A stretch of DNA of 64,000 bases from Auanema rhodensis (GCA_964057225.1 OZ059894.1:18848001-18912000), one strand, 5' to 3'; numbered from the stretch's first letter, positions 25,901 to 42,000 are shown. The notes: generated from the sequence alone by a model not told the origin. Program-made: numbers and translations.

Positions 25901-28900
25901 AAATCTGATAACACAGATCGACGCAGCTTAAAAATCCGCATCGAATGCACTATACTACATTGAGAAACGCTTAATACAAAAATTAGTTATGATCGTTTGA
26001 AAAATGATGCATTAGTGTATGTTGAGTTTCCATGTACACTCAACATTGCTTCCAAAAACATTTTGACAAAAATTTTTTCGAAAAATTTCAAATTAATTTA
26101 GCAAAAAGTAGATGTTTTTAGATTCCTTTTTTCAAGGCAAAGACGATGGACAATGTTATTCAACGAAAAAAATAATTCTTCAGGGTGAAAATCGAGGATA
26201 TAAGTGTGAACTTATATCAGTTGATATCTCGGTGCATTTTTAAGCTAGCGCAAATCTGATAACACAGATCGACGCAGCTTAAAAATCCGCATCGAATGCA
26301 CTATACTACATTGAGAAACGCTTAATACAAAAATTAGTTATGATCGTTTGAAAAATGATGCATTAGTGTATGTTGAGTTTCCATGTACACTCAACATTGC
26401 TTCCAAAAACATTTTGACAAAAATTTTTTCGAAAAATTTCAAAATAATTTAGCAAAAAGTAGATGTTTTTAGATTCCTTTTTTCAAGGCAAAGACGATGG
26501 ACAATGTTATTCAACGAAAAAAATAATTCTTCAGGGTGAAAATCGAGGATATAAGTGTGAACTTATATCAGTTGATATCTCGGTGCATTTTTAAGCTAGC
26601 GCAAATCTGATAACACAGATCGACGCAGCTTAAAAATCCGCATCGAATGCACTATACTACATTGAGAAACGCTTAATACAAAAATTAGTTATGATCGTTT
26701 GAAAAATGATGCATTAGTGTATGTTGAGTTTCCATGTACACTCAACATTGCTTCCAAAAACATTTTGACAAAAATTTTTTCGAAAAATTTCAAAATAATT
26801 TAGCAAAAAGTAGATGTTTTTAGATTCCTTTTTTCAAGGCAAAGACGATGGACAATGTTATTCAACGAAAAAATTAATTCTTCAGGGTGAAAATCGAGGA
26901 TATAAGTGTGAACTTATATCAGTTGATATCTCGGTGCATTTTTAAGCTAGCGCAAATCTGATAACACAGATCGACGCAGCTTAAAAATCCGCATCGAATG
27001 CACTATACTACATTGAGAAACGCTTAATACAAAAATTAGTTATGATCGTTTGAAAAATGATGCATTAGTGTATGTTGAGTTTCCATGTACACTCAACATT
27101 GCTTCCAAAAACATTTTGACAAAAATTTTTTCGAAAAATTTCAAAATAATTTAGCAAAAAGTAGATGTTTTTAGATTCCTTTTTTCAAGGCAAAGACGAT
27201 GGACAATGTTATTCAACGAAAAAAACAATTCTTCAGGGTGAAAATCGAGGATATAAGTGTGAACTTATATCAGTTGATATCTCGGTGCATTTTTAAGCTA
27301 GCGCAAATCTGATAACACAGATCGACGCAGCTTAAAAATCCGCATCGAATCCACTATACTACATTGAGAAACGCTTAATACAAAAATTAGTTATGATCGT
27401 TTGAAAAATGATGCATTAGTGTATGTTGAGTTTCCATGTACACTCAACATTGCTTCCAAAAAGATTTTGACAAAAATTTTTTCGAAAAATTTCAAAATAA
27501 TTTAGCAAAAAGTAGATGTTTTTAGATTCCTTTTTTCAAGGCAAAGACGATGGACAATGTTATTCAACGAAAAAATTAATTCTTCAGGGTGAAAATCGAG
27601 GATATAAGTGTGAACTTATATCAGTTGATATCTCGGTGCATTTTCAAGCTAGCGCAAATCTGATAACACAGATCGACGCAGCTTAAAAATCCGCATCGAA
27701 TGCACTATACTACATTGAGAAACGCTTAATACAAAAATTAGTTATGATCGTTTGAAAAATGATGCATTAGTGTATGTTGAGTTTCCATGTACACTCAACA
27801 TTGCTTCCAAAAACATTTTGACAAAAATTTTTTCGAAAAATTTCAAAATAATTTAGCAAAAAGTAGATGTTTTTAGATTCCTTTTTTCAAGGCAAAGACG
27901 ATGGACAATGTTATTCAACGAAAAAATTAATTCTTCAGGGTGAAAATCGAGGATATAAGTGTGAACTTATATCAGTTGATATCTCGGTGCATTTTTAAGC
28001 TAGCGCAAATCTGATAACACAGATCGACGCAGCTTAAAAATCCGTATCGAATGCACTATACTACATTGAGAAACGCTCAATACAAAAATTAGTTATGATC
28101 GTTTGAAAAATGATGCATTAGTGTATGTTGAGTTTCCATGTACACTCAACATTGCTTCCAAAAACATTTTGACAAAAATTTTTTCGAAAAATTTCAAAAT
28201 AATTTAGCAAAAAGTAGATGTTTTTAGATTCCTTTTTTCAAGGCAAAGACGATGGACAATGTTATTCAACGAAAAAATTAATTCTTCAGGGTGAAAATCG
28301 AGGATATAAGTGTGAACTTATATCAGTTGATATCTCGGTGCATTTTTAAGCTAGCGCAAATCTGATAACACAGATCGACGCAGCTTAAAAATCCGTATCG
28401 AATGCACTATACTACATTGAGAAACGCTCAATACAAAAATTAGTTATGATCGTTTGAAAAATGATGCATTAGTGTATGTTGAGTTTCCATGTACACTCAA
28501 CATTGCTTCCAAAAACATTTTGACAAAAATTTTTTCGAAAAATTTCAAAATAATTTAGCAAAAAGTAGATGTTTTTAGATTCCTTTTTTCAAGGCAAAGA
28601 CGATGGACAATGTTATTCAACGAGAAAATTAATTCTTCAGGGTGAAAATCGAGGATATAAGTGTGAACTTATATCAGTTGATATCTCGGTGCATTTTTAA
28701 GCTAGCGCAAATCTGATAACACAGATCGACGCAGCTTAAAAATCCGCATCGAATGCACTATACTACATTGAGAAACGCTTAATACAAAAATTAGTTATGA
28801 TCGTTTGAAAAATGATGCATTAGTGTATGTTGAGTTTCCATGTACACTCAACATTGCTTCCAAAAACATTTTGACAAAAATTTTTTCGAAAAATTTCAAA

Positions 28901-31900
28901 ATAATTTAGCAAAAAGTAGATGTTTTTAGATTCCTTTTTTCAAGGCAAAGACGATGGACAATGTTATTCAACGAAAAAAATAATTCTTCAGGGTGAAAAT
29001 CGAGGATATAAGTGTGAACTTATATCAGTTGATATCTCGGTGCATTTTTAAGCTAGCGCAAATCTGATAACACAGATCGACGCAGCTTAAAAATCCGCAT
29101 CGAATGCACTATACTACATTGAGAAACGCTTAATACAAAAATTAGTTATGATCGTTTGAAAAATGATGCATTAGTGTATGTTGAGTTTCCATGTACACTC
29201 AACATTGCTTCCAAAAACATTTTGACAAAAATTTTTTCGAAAAATTTCAAAATAATTTAGCAAAAAGTAGATGTTTTTAGATTCCTTTTTTCAAGGCAAA
29301 GACGATGGACAATGTTATTCAACGAAAAAATTAATTCTTCAGGGTGAACATCGAGGATATAAGTGTGAACTTATATCAGTTGATATCTCGGTGCATTTTT
29401 AAGCTAGCGCAAATCTGATAACACAGATCGACGCAGCTTAAAAATCCGTATCGAATGCACTATACTACATTGAGAAACGCTTAATACAAAAATTAGTTAT
29501 GATCGTTTGAAAAATGATGCATTAGTGTATGTTGAGTTTCCATGTACACTCAACATTGCTTCCAAAAACATTTTGACAAAAATTTTTTCGAAAAATTTCA
29601 AAATAATTTAGCAAAAAGTAGATGTTTTTAGATTCCTTTTTTCAAGGCAAAGACGATGGACAATGTTATTCAACGAAAAAAATAATTCTTCAGGGTGAAA
29701 ATCGAGGATATAAGTGTGAACTTATATCAGTTGATATCTCGGTGCATTTTTAAGCTAGCGCAAATCTGATAACACAGATCGACGCAGCTTAAAAATCCGC
29801 ATCGAATGCACTATACTACATTGAGAAACGCTTAATACAAAAATTAGTTATGATCGTTTGAAAAATGATGCATTAGTGTATTTTGAGTTTCCATGTACAC
29901 TCAACATTGCTTCCAAAAACATTTTGACAAAAATTTTTTCGAAAAATTTCAAAATAATTTAGCAAAAAGTAGATGTTTTTAGATTTCATTTTTCAAGGCA
30001 AAGACGATGGACAATGTTATTCAACGAAAAAAATAATTCTTCAGGGTGAAAATCGAGGATATAAGTGTGAACTTATATCAGTTGATATCTCGGTGCATTT
30101 TTAAGCTAGCGCAAATCTGATAACACAGATCGACGCAGCTTAAAAATCCGCATCGAATGCACTATACTACATTGAGAAACGCTTAATACAAAAATTAGTT
30201 ATGATCGTTTGAAAAATGATGCATTAGTGTATGTTGAGTTTCCATGTACACTCAACATTGCTTCCAAAAACATTTTGACAAAAATTTTTTCGAAAAATTT
30301 CAAAATAATTTAGCAAAAAGTAGATGTTTTTAGATTCCTTTTTTCAAGGCAAAGACGATGGACAATGTTATTCAACGAAAAAAATAATTCTTCAGGGTGA
30401 AAATCGAGGATATAAGTGTGAACTTATATCAGTTGATATCTCGGTGCATTTTTAAGCTAGCGCAAATCTGATAACACAGATCGACGCAGCTTAAAAATCC
30501 GTATCGAATGCACTATACTACATTGAGAAACGCTTAATACAAAAATTAGTTATGATCGTTTGAAAAATGATGCATTAGTGTATGTTGAGTTTCCATGTAC
30601 ACTCAACATTGCTTCCAAAAACATTTTGACAAAAATTTTTTCGAAAAATTTCAAAATAATTTAGCAAAAAGTAGATGTTTTTAGATTCCTTTTTTCAAGG
30701 CAAAGACGATGGACAACGTTATTCAACGAAAAAATTAATTCTTCAGGGTGAAAATCGAGGATATAAGTGTGAACTTATATCAGTTGATATCTCGGTGCAT
30801 TTTTAAGCTAGCGCAAATCTGATAACACAGATCGACGCAGCTTAAAAATCCGCATCGAATGCACTATACTACATTGAGAAACGCTTAAAACAAAAATTAG
30901 TTATGATCGTTTGAAAAATGATGCATTAGTGTATGTTGAGTTTCCATGTACACTCAACATTGCTTCCAAAAACATTTTGACAAAAATTTTTTCGAAAAAT
31001 TTCAAAATAATTTAGCAAAAAGTAGATGTTTTTAGATTCCTTTTTTCAAGGCAAAGACGATGGACAATGTTATTCAACGAAAAAAATAATTCTTCAGGGT
31101 GAAAATCGAGGATATAAGTGTGAACTTATATCAGTTGATATCTCGGTGCATTTTTAAGCTAGCGCAAATCTGATAACACAGATCGACGCAGCTTAAAAAT
31201 CCGTATCGAATGCACTATACTACATTGAGAAACGCTTAATACAAAAATTAGTTATGATCGTTTGAAAAATGATGCATTAGTGTATGTTGAGTTTCCATGT
31301 ACACTCAACATTGCTTCCAAAAACATTTTGACAAAAATTTTTTCGAAAAATTTCAAAATAATTTAGCAAAAAGTAGATGTTTTTAGATTCCTTTTTTCAA
31401 GGCAAAGACGATGGACAATGTTATTCAACGAAAAAAATAATTCTTCAGGGTGAAAATCGAGGATATAAGTGTGAACTTATATCAGTTGATATCTCGGTGC
31501 ATTTTTAAGCTAGCGCAAATCTGATAACACAGATCGACGCAGCTTAAAAATCCGCATCGAATGCACTATACTACATTGAGAAACGCTTAATACAAAAATT
31601 AGTTATGATCGTTTGAAAAATGATGCATTAGTGTATTTTGAGTTTCCATGTACACTCAACATTGCTTCCAAAAACATTTTGACAAAAATTTTTTCGAAAA
31701 ATTTCAAAATAATTTAGCAAAAAGTAGATGTTTTTAGATTCCATTTTTCAAGGCAAAGACGATGGACAATGTTATTCAACGAAAAAAATAATTCTTCAGG
31801 GTGAAAATCGAGGATATAAGTGTGAACTTATATCAGTTGATATCTCGGTGCATTTTTAAGCTAGCGCAAATCTGATAACACAGATCGACGCAGCTTAAAA

Positions 31901-34900
31901 ATCCGCATCGAATGCACTATACTACATTGAGAAACGCTTAATACAAAAATTAGTTATGATCGTTTGAAAAATGATGCATTAGTGTATGTTGAGTTTCCAT
32001 GTACACTCAACATTGCTTCCAAAAACATTTTGACAAAAATTTTTTCGAAAAATTTCAAAATAATTTAGCAAAAAGTAGATGTTTTTAGATTCCTTTTTTC
32101 AAGGCAAAGACGATGGACAATGTTATTCAACGAAAAAAATAATTCTTCAGGGTGAAAATCGAGGATATAAGTGTGAACTTATATCAGTTGATATCTCGGT
32201 GCATTTTTAAGCTAGCGCAAATCTGATAACACAGATCGACGCAGCTTAAAAATCCGTATCGAATGCACTATACTACATTGAGAAACGCTTAATACAAAAA
32301 TTAGTTATGATCGTTTGAAAAATGATGCATTAGTGTATGTTGAGTTTCCATGTACACTCAACATTGCTTCCAAAAACATTTTGACAAAAATTTTTTCGAA
32401 AAATTTCAAAATAATTTAGCAAAAAGTAGATGTTTTTAGATTCCTTTTTTCAAGGCAAAGACGATGGACAACGTTATTCAACGAAAAAATTAATTCTTCA
32501 GGGTGAAAATCGAGGATATAAGTGTGAACTTATATCAGTTGATATCTCGGTGCATTTTTAAGCTAGCGCAAATCTGATAACACAGATCGACGCAGCTTAA
32601 AAATCCGCATCGAATGCACTATACTACATTGAGAAACGCTTAAAACAAAAATTAGTTATGATCGTTTGAAAAATGATGCATTAGTGTATGTTGAGTTTCC
32701 ATGTACACTCAACATTGCTTCCAAAAACATTTTGACAAAAATTTTTTCGAAAAATTTCAAAATAATTTAGCAAAAAGTAGATGTTTTTAGATTCCTTTTT
32801 TCAAGGCAAAGACGATGGACAATGTTATTCAACGAAAAAAATAATTCTTCAGGGTGAAAATCGAGGATATAAGTGTGAACTTATATCAGTTGATATCTCG
32901 GTGCATTTTTAAGCTAGCGCAAATCTGATAACACAGATCGACGCAGCTTAAAAATCCGCATCGAATGCACTATACTACATTGAGAAACGCTTAATACAAA
33001 AATTAGTTATGATCGTTTGAAAAATGATGCATTAGTGTATGTTGAGTTTCCATGTACACTCAACATTGCTTCCAAAAACATTTTGACAAAAATTTTTTCG
33101 AAAAATTTCAAAATAATTTAGCAAAAAGTAGATGTTTTTAGATTCCTTTTTTCAAGGCAAAGACGATGGACAATGTTATTCAACGAAAAAAATAATTCTT
33201 CAGGGTGAAAATCGAGGATATAAGTGTGAACTTATATCAGTTGATATCTCGGTGCATTTTTAAGCTAGCGCAAATCTGATAACACAGATCGACGCAGCTT
33301 AAAAATCCGTATCGAATGCACTATACTACATTGAGAAACGCTTAATACAAAAATTAGTTATGATCGTTTGAAAAATGATGCATTAGTGTATGTTGAGTTT
33401 CCATGTACACTCAACATTGCTTCCAAAAACATTTTGACAAAAATTTTTTCGAAAAATTTCAAAATAATTTAGCAAAAAGTAGATGTTTTTAGATTCCTTT
33501 TTTCAAGGCAAAGACGATGGACAATGTTATTCAACGAAAAAATTAATTCTTCAGGGTGAAAATCGAGGATATAAGTGTGAACTTATATCAGTTGATATCT
33601 CGGTGCATTTTTAAGCTAGCGCAAATCTGATAACACAGATCGACGCAGCTTAAAAATCCGCATCGAATGCACTATACTACATTGAGAAACGCTTAATACA
33701 AAAATTAGTTATGATCGTTTGAAAAATGATGCATTAGTGTATGTTGAGTTTCCATGTACACTCAACATTGCTTCCAAAAACATTTTGACAAAAATTTTTT
33801 CGAAAAATTTCAAAATAATTTAGCAAAAAGTAGATGTTTTTAGATTCCTTTTTTCAAGGCAAAGACGATGGACAATGTTATTCAACGAAAAAATTAATTC
33901 TTCAGGGTGAAAATCGAGGATATAAGTGTGAACTTATATCAGTTGATATCTCGGTGCATTTTTAAGCTAGCGCAAATCTGATAACACAGATCGACGCAGC
34001 TTAAAAATCCGCATCGAATGCACTATACTACATTGAGAAACGCTTAAAACAAAAATTAGTTATGATCGTTTGAAAAATGATGCATTAGTGTATGTTGAGT
34101 TTCCATGTACACTCAACATTGCTTCCAAAAACATTTTGACAAAAATTTTTTCGAAAAATTTCAGAATAATTTAGCAAAAAGTAGATGTTTTTAGATTCCT
34201 TTTTTCGAGGCAAAGACGATGGACAATGTTATTCAACGAAAAAAATAATTCTTCAGGGTGAAAATCGAGGATATAAGTGTGAACTTATATCAGTTGATAT
34301 CTCGGTGCATTTTTAAGCTAGCGCAAATCTGATAACACAGATCGACGCAGCTTAAAAATCCGCATCGAATGCACTATACTACATTGAGAAACGCTTAATA
34401 CAAAAATTAGTTATGATCGTTTGAAAAATGATGCATTAGTGTATGTTGAGTTTCCATGTACACTCAACATTGCTTCCAAAAACATTTTGACAAAAATTTT
34501 TTCGAAAAATTTCAAAATAATTTAGCAAAAAGTAGATGTTTTTAGATTCCTTTTTTCAAGGCAAAGACGATGGACAATGTTATTCAACGAAAAAATTAAT
34601 TCTTCAGGGTGAAAATCGAGGATATAAGTGTGAACTTATATCAGTTGATATCTCGGTGCATTTTTAAGCTAGCGCAAATCTGATAACACAGATCGACGCA
34701 GCTTAAAAATCCGTATCGAATGCACTATACTACATTGAGAAACGCTTAATACAAAAATTAGTTATGATCGTTTGAAAAATGATGCATTAGTGTATGTTGA
34801 GTTTCCATGTACACTCAACATTGCTTCCAAAAACATTTTGACAAAAATTTTTTCGAAAAATTTCAGAATAATTTAGCAAAAAGTAGATGTTTTTAGATTC

Positions 34901-35824
34901 CTTTTTTCGAGGCAAAGACGATGGACAATGTTATTCAACGAAAAAAATAATTCTTCAGGGTGAAAATCGAGGATATAAGTGTGAACTTATATCAGTTGAT
35001 ATCTCGGTGCATTTTTAAGCTAGCGCAAATCTGATAACACAGATCGACGCAGCTTAAAAATCCGCATCGAATGCACTATACTACATTGAGAAACGCTTAA
35101 TACAAAAATTAGTTATGATCGTTTGAAAAATGATGCATTAGTGTATGTTGAGTTTCCATGTACACTCAACATTGCTTCCAAAAACATTTTGACAAAAATT
35201 TTTTCGAAAAATTTCAAAATAATTTAGCAAAAAGTAGATGTTTTTAGATTCCTTTTTTCAAGGCAAAGACGATGGACAATGTTATTCAACGAAAAAAATA
35301 ATTCTTCAGGGTGAAAATCGAGGATATAAGTGTGAACTTATATCAGTTGATATCTCGGTGCATTTTTAAGCTAGCGCAAATCTGATAACACAGATCGACG
35401 CAGCTTAAAAATCCGCATCGAATGCACTATACTACATTGAGAAACGCTTAATACAAAAATTAGTTATGATCGTTTGAAAAATGATGCATTAGTGTATGTT
35501 GAGTTTCCATGTACACTCAACATTGCTTCCAAAAACATTTTGACAAAAATTTTTTCGAAAAATTTCAAAATAATTTAGCAAAAAGTAGATGTTTTTAGAT
35601 TCCTTTTTTCAAGGCAAAGACGATGGACAATGTTATTCAACGAAAAAAATAATTCTTCAGGGTGAAAATCGAGGATATAAGTGTGAACTTATATCAGTTG
35701 ATATCTCGGTGCATTTTTAAGCTAGCGCAAATCTGATAACACAGATCGACGCAGCTTAAAAATCCGCATCGAATGCACTATACTACATTGAGAAACGCTT
35801 AATACAAAAATTAGTTATGATCGT

Positions 35825-36016
35825 TTGAAAAATGATGCATTAGTGTATGTTGAGTTTCCATGTACACTCAACATTGCTTCCAAAAACATTTTGACAAAAA
35901 TTTTTTCGAAAAATTTCAAAATAATTCAGCAAAAAGTAGATGTTTTTAGATTCCTTTTTTCAAGGCAAAGACGATGGACAATGTTATTCAACGAAAAAAA
36001 TAATTCTTCAGGGTGA
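35825..36016 (+). other. Incidental 63-codon ORF in satellite monomer M103 (probably non-coding)
   Basis: T123C converts the consensus TAG to CAG. The start is TTG and there is no recognisable domain. Confidence 0.85.
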
Positions 36017-39000
36017 AAATCGAGGATATAAGTGTGAACTTATATCAGTTGATATCTCAGTGCATTTTAAAGCTAGCGCAAATCTGATAACACAGATCGA
36101 CGCAGCTTAAAAATCCGCATCGAATGCACTATACTACATTGAGAAACGCTTAATACAAAAATTAGTTATGATCGTTTGAAAAATGATGCATTAGTGTATG
36201 TTGAGTTTCCATGTACACTCAACATTGCTTCCAAAAACATTTTGACAAAAATTTTTTCGAAAAATTTCAAAATAATTTAGCAAAAAGTAGATGTTTTTAG
36301 ATTCCTTTTTTCAAGGCAAAGACGATGGACAATGTTATTCAACGAAAAAAATAATTCTTCAGGGTGAAAATCGAGGATATAAGTGTGAACTTATATCAGT
36401 TGATATCTCGGTGCATTTTTAAGCTAGCGCAAATCTGATAACACAGATCGACGCAGCTTAAAAATCCGCATCGAATGCACTATACTACATTGAGAAACGC
36501 TTAATACAAAAATTAGTTATGATCGTTTGAAAAATGATGCATTAGTGTATGTTGAGTTTCCATGTACACTCAACATTGCTTCCAAAAACATTTTGACAAA
36601 AATTTTTTCGAAAAATTTCAAAATAATTTAGCAAAAAGTAGATGTTTTTAGATTCCTTTTTTCAAGGCAAAGACGATGGACAATGTTATTCAACGAAAAA
36701 AATAATTCTTCAGGGTGAAAATCGAGGATATAAGTGTGAACTTATATCAGTTGATATCTCGGTGCATTTTTAAGCTAGCGCAAATCTGATAACACAGATC
36801 GACGCAGCTTAAAAATCCGTATCGAATGCACTATACTACATTGAGAAACGCTTAATACAAAAATTAGTTATGATCGTTTGAAAAATGATGCATTAGTGTA
36901 TGTTGAGTTTCCATGTACACTCAACATTGCTTCCAAAAACATTTTGACAAAAATTTTTTCGAAAAATTTCAAAATAATTTAGCAAAAAGTAGATGTTTTT
37001 AGATTCCTTTTTTCAAGGCAAAGACGATGGACAACGTTATTCAACGAAAAAATTAATTCTTCAGGGTGAAAATCGAGGATATAAGTGTGAACTTATATCA
37101 GTTGATATCTCGGTGCATTTTTAAGCTAGCGCAAATCTGATAACACAGATCGACGCAGCTTAAAAATCCGCATCGAATGCACTATACTACATTGAGAAAC
37201 GCTTAAAACAAAAATTAGTTATGATCGTTTGAAAAATGATGCATTAGTGTATGTTGAGTTTCCATGTACACTCAACATTGCTTCCAAAAACATTTTGACA
37301 AAAATTTTTTCGAAAAATTTCAAAATAATTTAGCAAAAAGTAGATGTTTTTAGATTCCTTTTTTCAAGGCAAAGACGATGGACAATGTTATTCAACGAAA
37401 AAAATAATTCTTCAGGGTGAAAATCGAGGATATAAGTGTGAACTTATATCAGTTGATATCTCGGTGCATTTTTAAGCTAGCGCAAATCTGATAACACAGA
37501 TCGACGCAGCTTAAAAATCCGTATCGAATGCACTATACTACATTGAGAAACGCTTAATACAAAAATTAGTTATGATCGTTTGAAAAATGATGCATTAGTG
37601 TATGTTGAGTTTCCATGTACACTCAACATTGCTTCCAAAAACATTTTGACAAAAATTTTTTCGAAAAATTTCAAAATAATTTAGCAAAAAGTAGATGTTT
37701 TTAGATTCCTTTTTTCAAGGCAAAGACGATGGACAATGTTATTCAACGAAAAAAATAATTCTTCAGGGTGAAAATCGAGGATATAAGTGTGAACTTATAT
37801 CAGTTGATATCTCGGTGCATTTTTAAGCTAGCGCAAATCTGATAACACAGATCGACGCAGCTTAAAAATCCGCATCGAATGCACTATACTACATTGAGAA
37901 ACGCTTAATACAAAAATTAGTTATGATCGTTTGAAAAATGATGCATTAGTGTATTTTGAGTTTCCATGTACACTCAACATTGCTTCCAAAAACATTTTGA
38001 CAAAAATTTTTTCGAAAAATTTCAAAATAATTTAGCAAAAAGTAGATGTTTTTAGATTCCATTTTTCAAGGCAAAGACGATGGACAATGTTATTCAACGA
38101 AAAAAATAATTCTTCAGGGTGAAAATCGAGGATATAAGTGTGAACTTATATCAGTTGATATCTCGGTGCATTTTTAAGCTAGCGCAAATCTGATAACACA
38201 GATCGACGCAGCTTAAAAATCCGCATCGAATGCACTATACTACATTGAGAAACGCTTAATACAAAAATTAGTTATGATCGTTTGAAAAATGATGCATTAG
38301 TGTATGTTGAGTTTCCATGTACACTCAACATTGCTTCCAAAAACATTTTGACAAAAATTTTTTCGAAAAATTTCAAAATAATTTAGCAAAAAGTAGATGT
38401 TTTTAGATTCCTTTTTTCAAGGCAAAGACGATGGACAATGTTATTCAACGAAAAAAATAATTCTTCAGGGTGAAAATCGAGGATATAAGTGTGAACTTAT
38501 ATCAGTTGATATCTCGGTGCATTTTTAAGCTAGCGCAAATCTGATAACACAGATCGACGCAGCTTAAAAATCCGTATCGAATGCACTATACTACATTGAG
38601 AAACGCTTAATACAAAAATTAGTTATGATCGTTTGAAAAATGATGCATTAGTGTATGTTGAGTTTCCATGTACACTCAACATTGCTTCCAAAAACATTTT
38701 GACAAAAATTTTTTCGAAAAATTTCAAAATAATTTAGCAAAAAGTAGATGTTTTTAGATTCCTTTTTTCAAGGCAAAGACGATGGACAACGTTATTCAAC
38801 GAAAAAATTAATTCTTCAGGGTGAAAATCGAGGATATAAGTGTGAACTTATATCAGTTGATATCTCGGTGCATTTTTAAGCTAGCGCAAATCTGATAACA
38901 CAGATCGACGCAGCTTAAAAATCCGCATCGAATGCACTATACTACATTGAGAAACGCTTAAAACAAAAATTAGTTATGATCGTTTGAAAAATGATGCATT

Positions 39001-42000
39001 AGTGTATGTTGAGTTTCCATGTACACTCAACATTGCTTCCAAAAACATTTTGACAAAAATTTTTTCGAAAAATTTCAAAATAATTTAGCAAAAAGTAGAT
39101 GTTTTTAGATTCCTTTTTTCAAGGCAAAGACGATGGACAATGTTATTCAACGAAAAAAATAATTCTTCAGGGTGAAAATCGAGGATATAAGTGTGAACTT
39201 ATATCAGTTGATATCTCGGTGCATTTTTAAGCTAGCGCAAATCTGATAACACAGATCGACGCAGCTTAAAAATCCGCATCGAATGCACTATACTACATTG
39301 AGAAACGCTTAATACAAAAATTAGTTATGATCGTTTGAAAAATGATGCATTAGTGTATGTTGAGTTTCCATGTACACTCAACATTGCTTCCAAAAACATT
39401 TTGACAAAAATTTTTTCGAAAAATTTCAAAATAATTTAGCAAAAAGTAGATGTTTTTAGATTCCTTTTTTCAAGGCAAAGACGATGGACAATGTTATTCA
39501 ACGAAAAAAATAATTCTTCAGGGTGAAAATCGAGGATATAAGTGTGAACTTATATCAGTTGATATCTCGGTGCATTTTTAAGCTAGCGCAAATCTGATAA
39601 CACAGATCGACGCAGCTTAAAAATCCGTATCGAATGCACTATACTACATTGAGAAACGCTTAATACAAAAATTAGTTATGATCGTTTGAAAAATGATGCA
39701 TTAGTGTATGTTGAGTTTCCATGTACACTCAACATTGCTTCCAAAAACATTTTGACAAAAATTTTTTCGAAAAATTTCAAAATAATTTAGCAAAAAGTAG
39801 ATGTTTTTAGATTCCTTTTTTCAAGGCAAAGACGATGGACAATGTTATTCAACGAAAAAATTAATTCTTCAGGGTGAAAATCGAGGATATAAGTGTGAAC
39901 TTATATCAGTTGATATCTCGGTGCATTTTTAAGCTAGCGCAAATCTGATAACACAGATCGACGCAGCTTAAAAATCCGCATCGAATGCACTATACTACAT
40001 TGAGAAACGCTTAATACAAAAATTAGTTATGATCGTTTGAAAAATGATGCATTAGTGTATGTTGAGTTTCCATGTACACTCAACATTGCTTCCAAAAACA
40101 TTTTGACAAAAATTTTTTCGAAAAATTTCAAAATAATTTAGCAAAAAGTAGATGTTTTTAGATTCCTTTTTTCAAGGCAAAGACGATGGACAATGTTATT
40201 CAACGAAAAAATTAATTCTTCAGGGTGAAAATCGAGGATATAAGTGTGAACTTATATCAGTTGATATCTCGGTGCATTTTTAAGCTAGCGCAAATCTGAT
40301 AACACAGATCGACGCAGCTTAAAAATCCGCATCGAATGCACTATACTACATTGAGAAACGCTTAAAACAAAAATTAGTTATGATCGTTTGAAAAATGATG
40401 CATTAGTGTATGTTGAGTTTCCATGTACACTCAACATTGCTTCCAAAAACATTTTGACAAAAATTTTTTCGAAAAATTTCAGAATAATTTAGCAAAAAGT
40501 AGATGTTTTTAGATTCCTTTTTTCGAGGCAAAGACGATGGACAATGTTATTCAACGAAAAAAATAATTCTTCAGGGTGAAAATCGAGGATATAAGTGTGA
40601 ACTTATATCAGTTGATATCTCGGTGCATTTTTAAGCTAGCGCAAATCTGATAACACAGATCGACGCAGCTTAAAAATCCGCATCGAATGCACTATACTAC
40701 ATTGAGAAACGCTTAATACAAAAATTAGTTATGATCGTTTGAAAAATGATGCATTAGTGTATGTTGAGTTTCCATGTACACTCAACATTGCTTCCAAAAA
40801 CATTTTGACAAAAATTTTTTCGAAAAATTTCAAAATAATTTAGCAAAAAGTAGATGTTTTTAGATTCCTTTTTCCAAGGCAAAGACGATGGACAATGTTA
40901 TTCAACGAAAAAATTAATTCTTCAGGGTGAAAATCGAGGATATAAGTGTGAACTTATATCAGTTGATATCTCGGTGCATTTTTAAGCTAGCGCAAATCTG
41001 ATAACACAGATCGACGCAGCTTAAAAATCCGTATCGAATGCACTATACTACATTGAGAAACGCTTAATACAAAAATTAGTTATGATCGTTTGAAAAATGA
41101 TGCATTAGTGTATGTTGAGTTTCCATGTACACTCAACATTGCTTCCAAAAACATTTTGACAAAAATTTTTTCGAAAAATTTCAAAATAATTTAGCAAAAA
41201 GTAGATGTTTTTAGATTCCTTTTTTCAAGGCAAAGACGATGGACAATGTTATTCAACGAAAAAAATAATTCTTCAGGGTGAAAATCGAGGATATAAGTGT
41301 GAACTTATATCAGTTGATATCTCGGTGCATTTTTAAGCTAGCGCAAATCTGATAACACAGATCGACGCAGCTTAAAAATCCGCATCGAATGCACTATACT
41401 ACATTGAGAAACGCTTAATACAAAAATTAGTTATGATCGTTTGAAAAATGATGCATTAGTGTATGTTGAGTTTCCATGTACACTCAACATTGCTTCCAAA
41501 AACATTTTGACAAAAATTTTTTCGAAAAATTTCAAAATAATTTAGCAAAAAGTAGATGTTTTTAGATTCCTTTTTTCAAGGCAAAGACGATGGACAATGT
41601 TATTCAACGAAAAAAATAATTCTTCAGGGTGAAAATCGAGGATATAAGTGTGAACTTATATCAGTTGATATCTCGGTGCATTTTTAAGCTAGCGCAAATC
41701 TGATAACACAGATCGACGCAGCTTAAAAATCCGTATCGAATGCACTATACTACATTGAGAAACGCTTAATACAAAAATTAGTTATGATCGTTTGAAAAAT
41801 GATGCATTAGTGTATGTTGAGTTTCCATGTACACTCAACATTGCTTCCAAAAACATTTTGACAAAAATTTTTTCGAAAAATTTCAAAATAATTTAGCAAA
41901 AAGTAGATGTTTTTAGATTCCTTTTTTCAAGGCAAAGACGATGGACAATGTTATTCAACGAAAAAATTAATTCTTCAGGGTGAAAATCGAGGATATAAGT

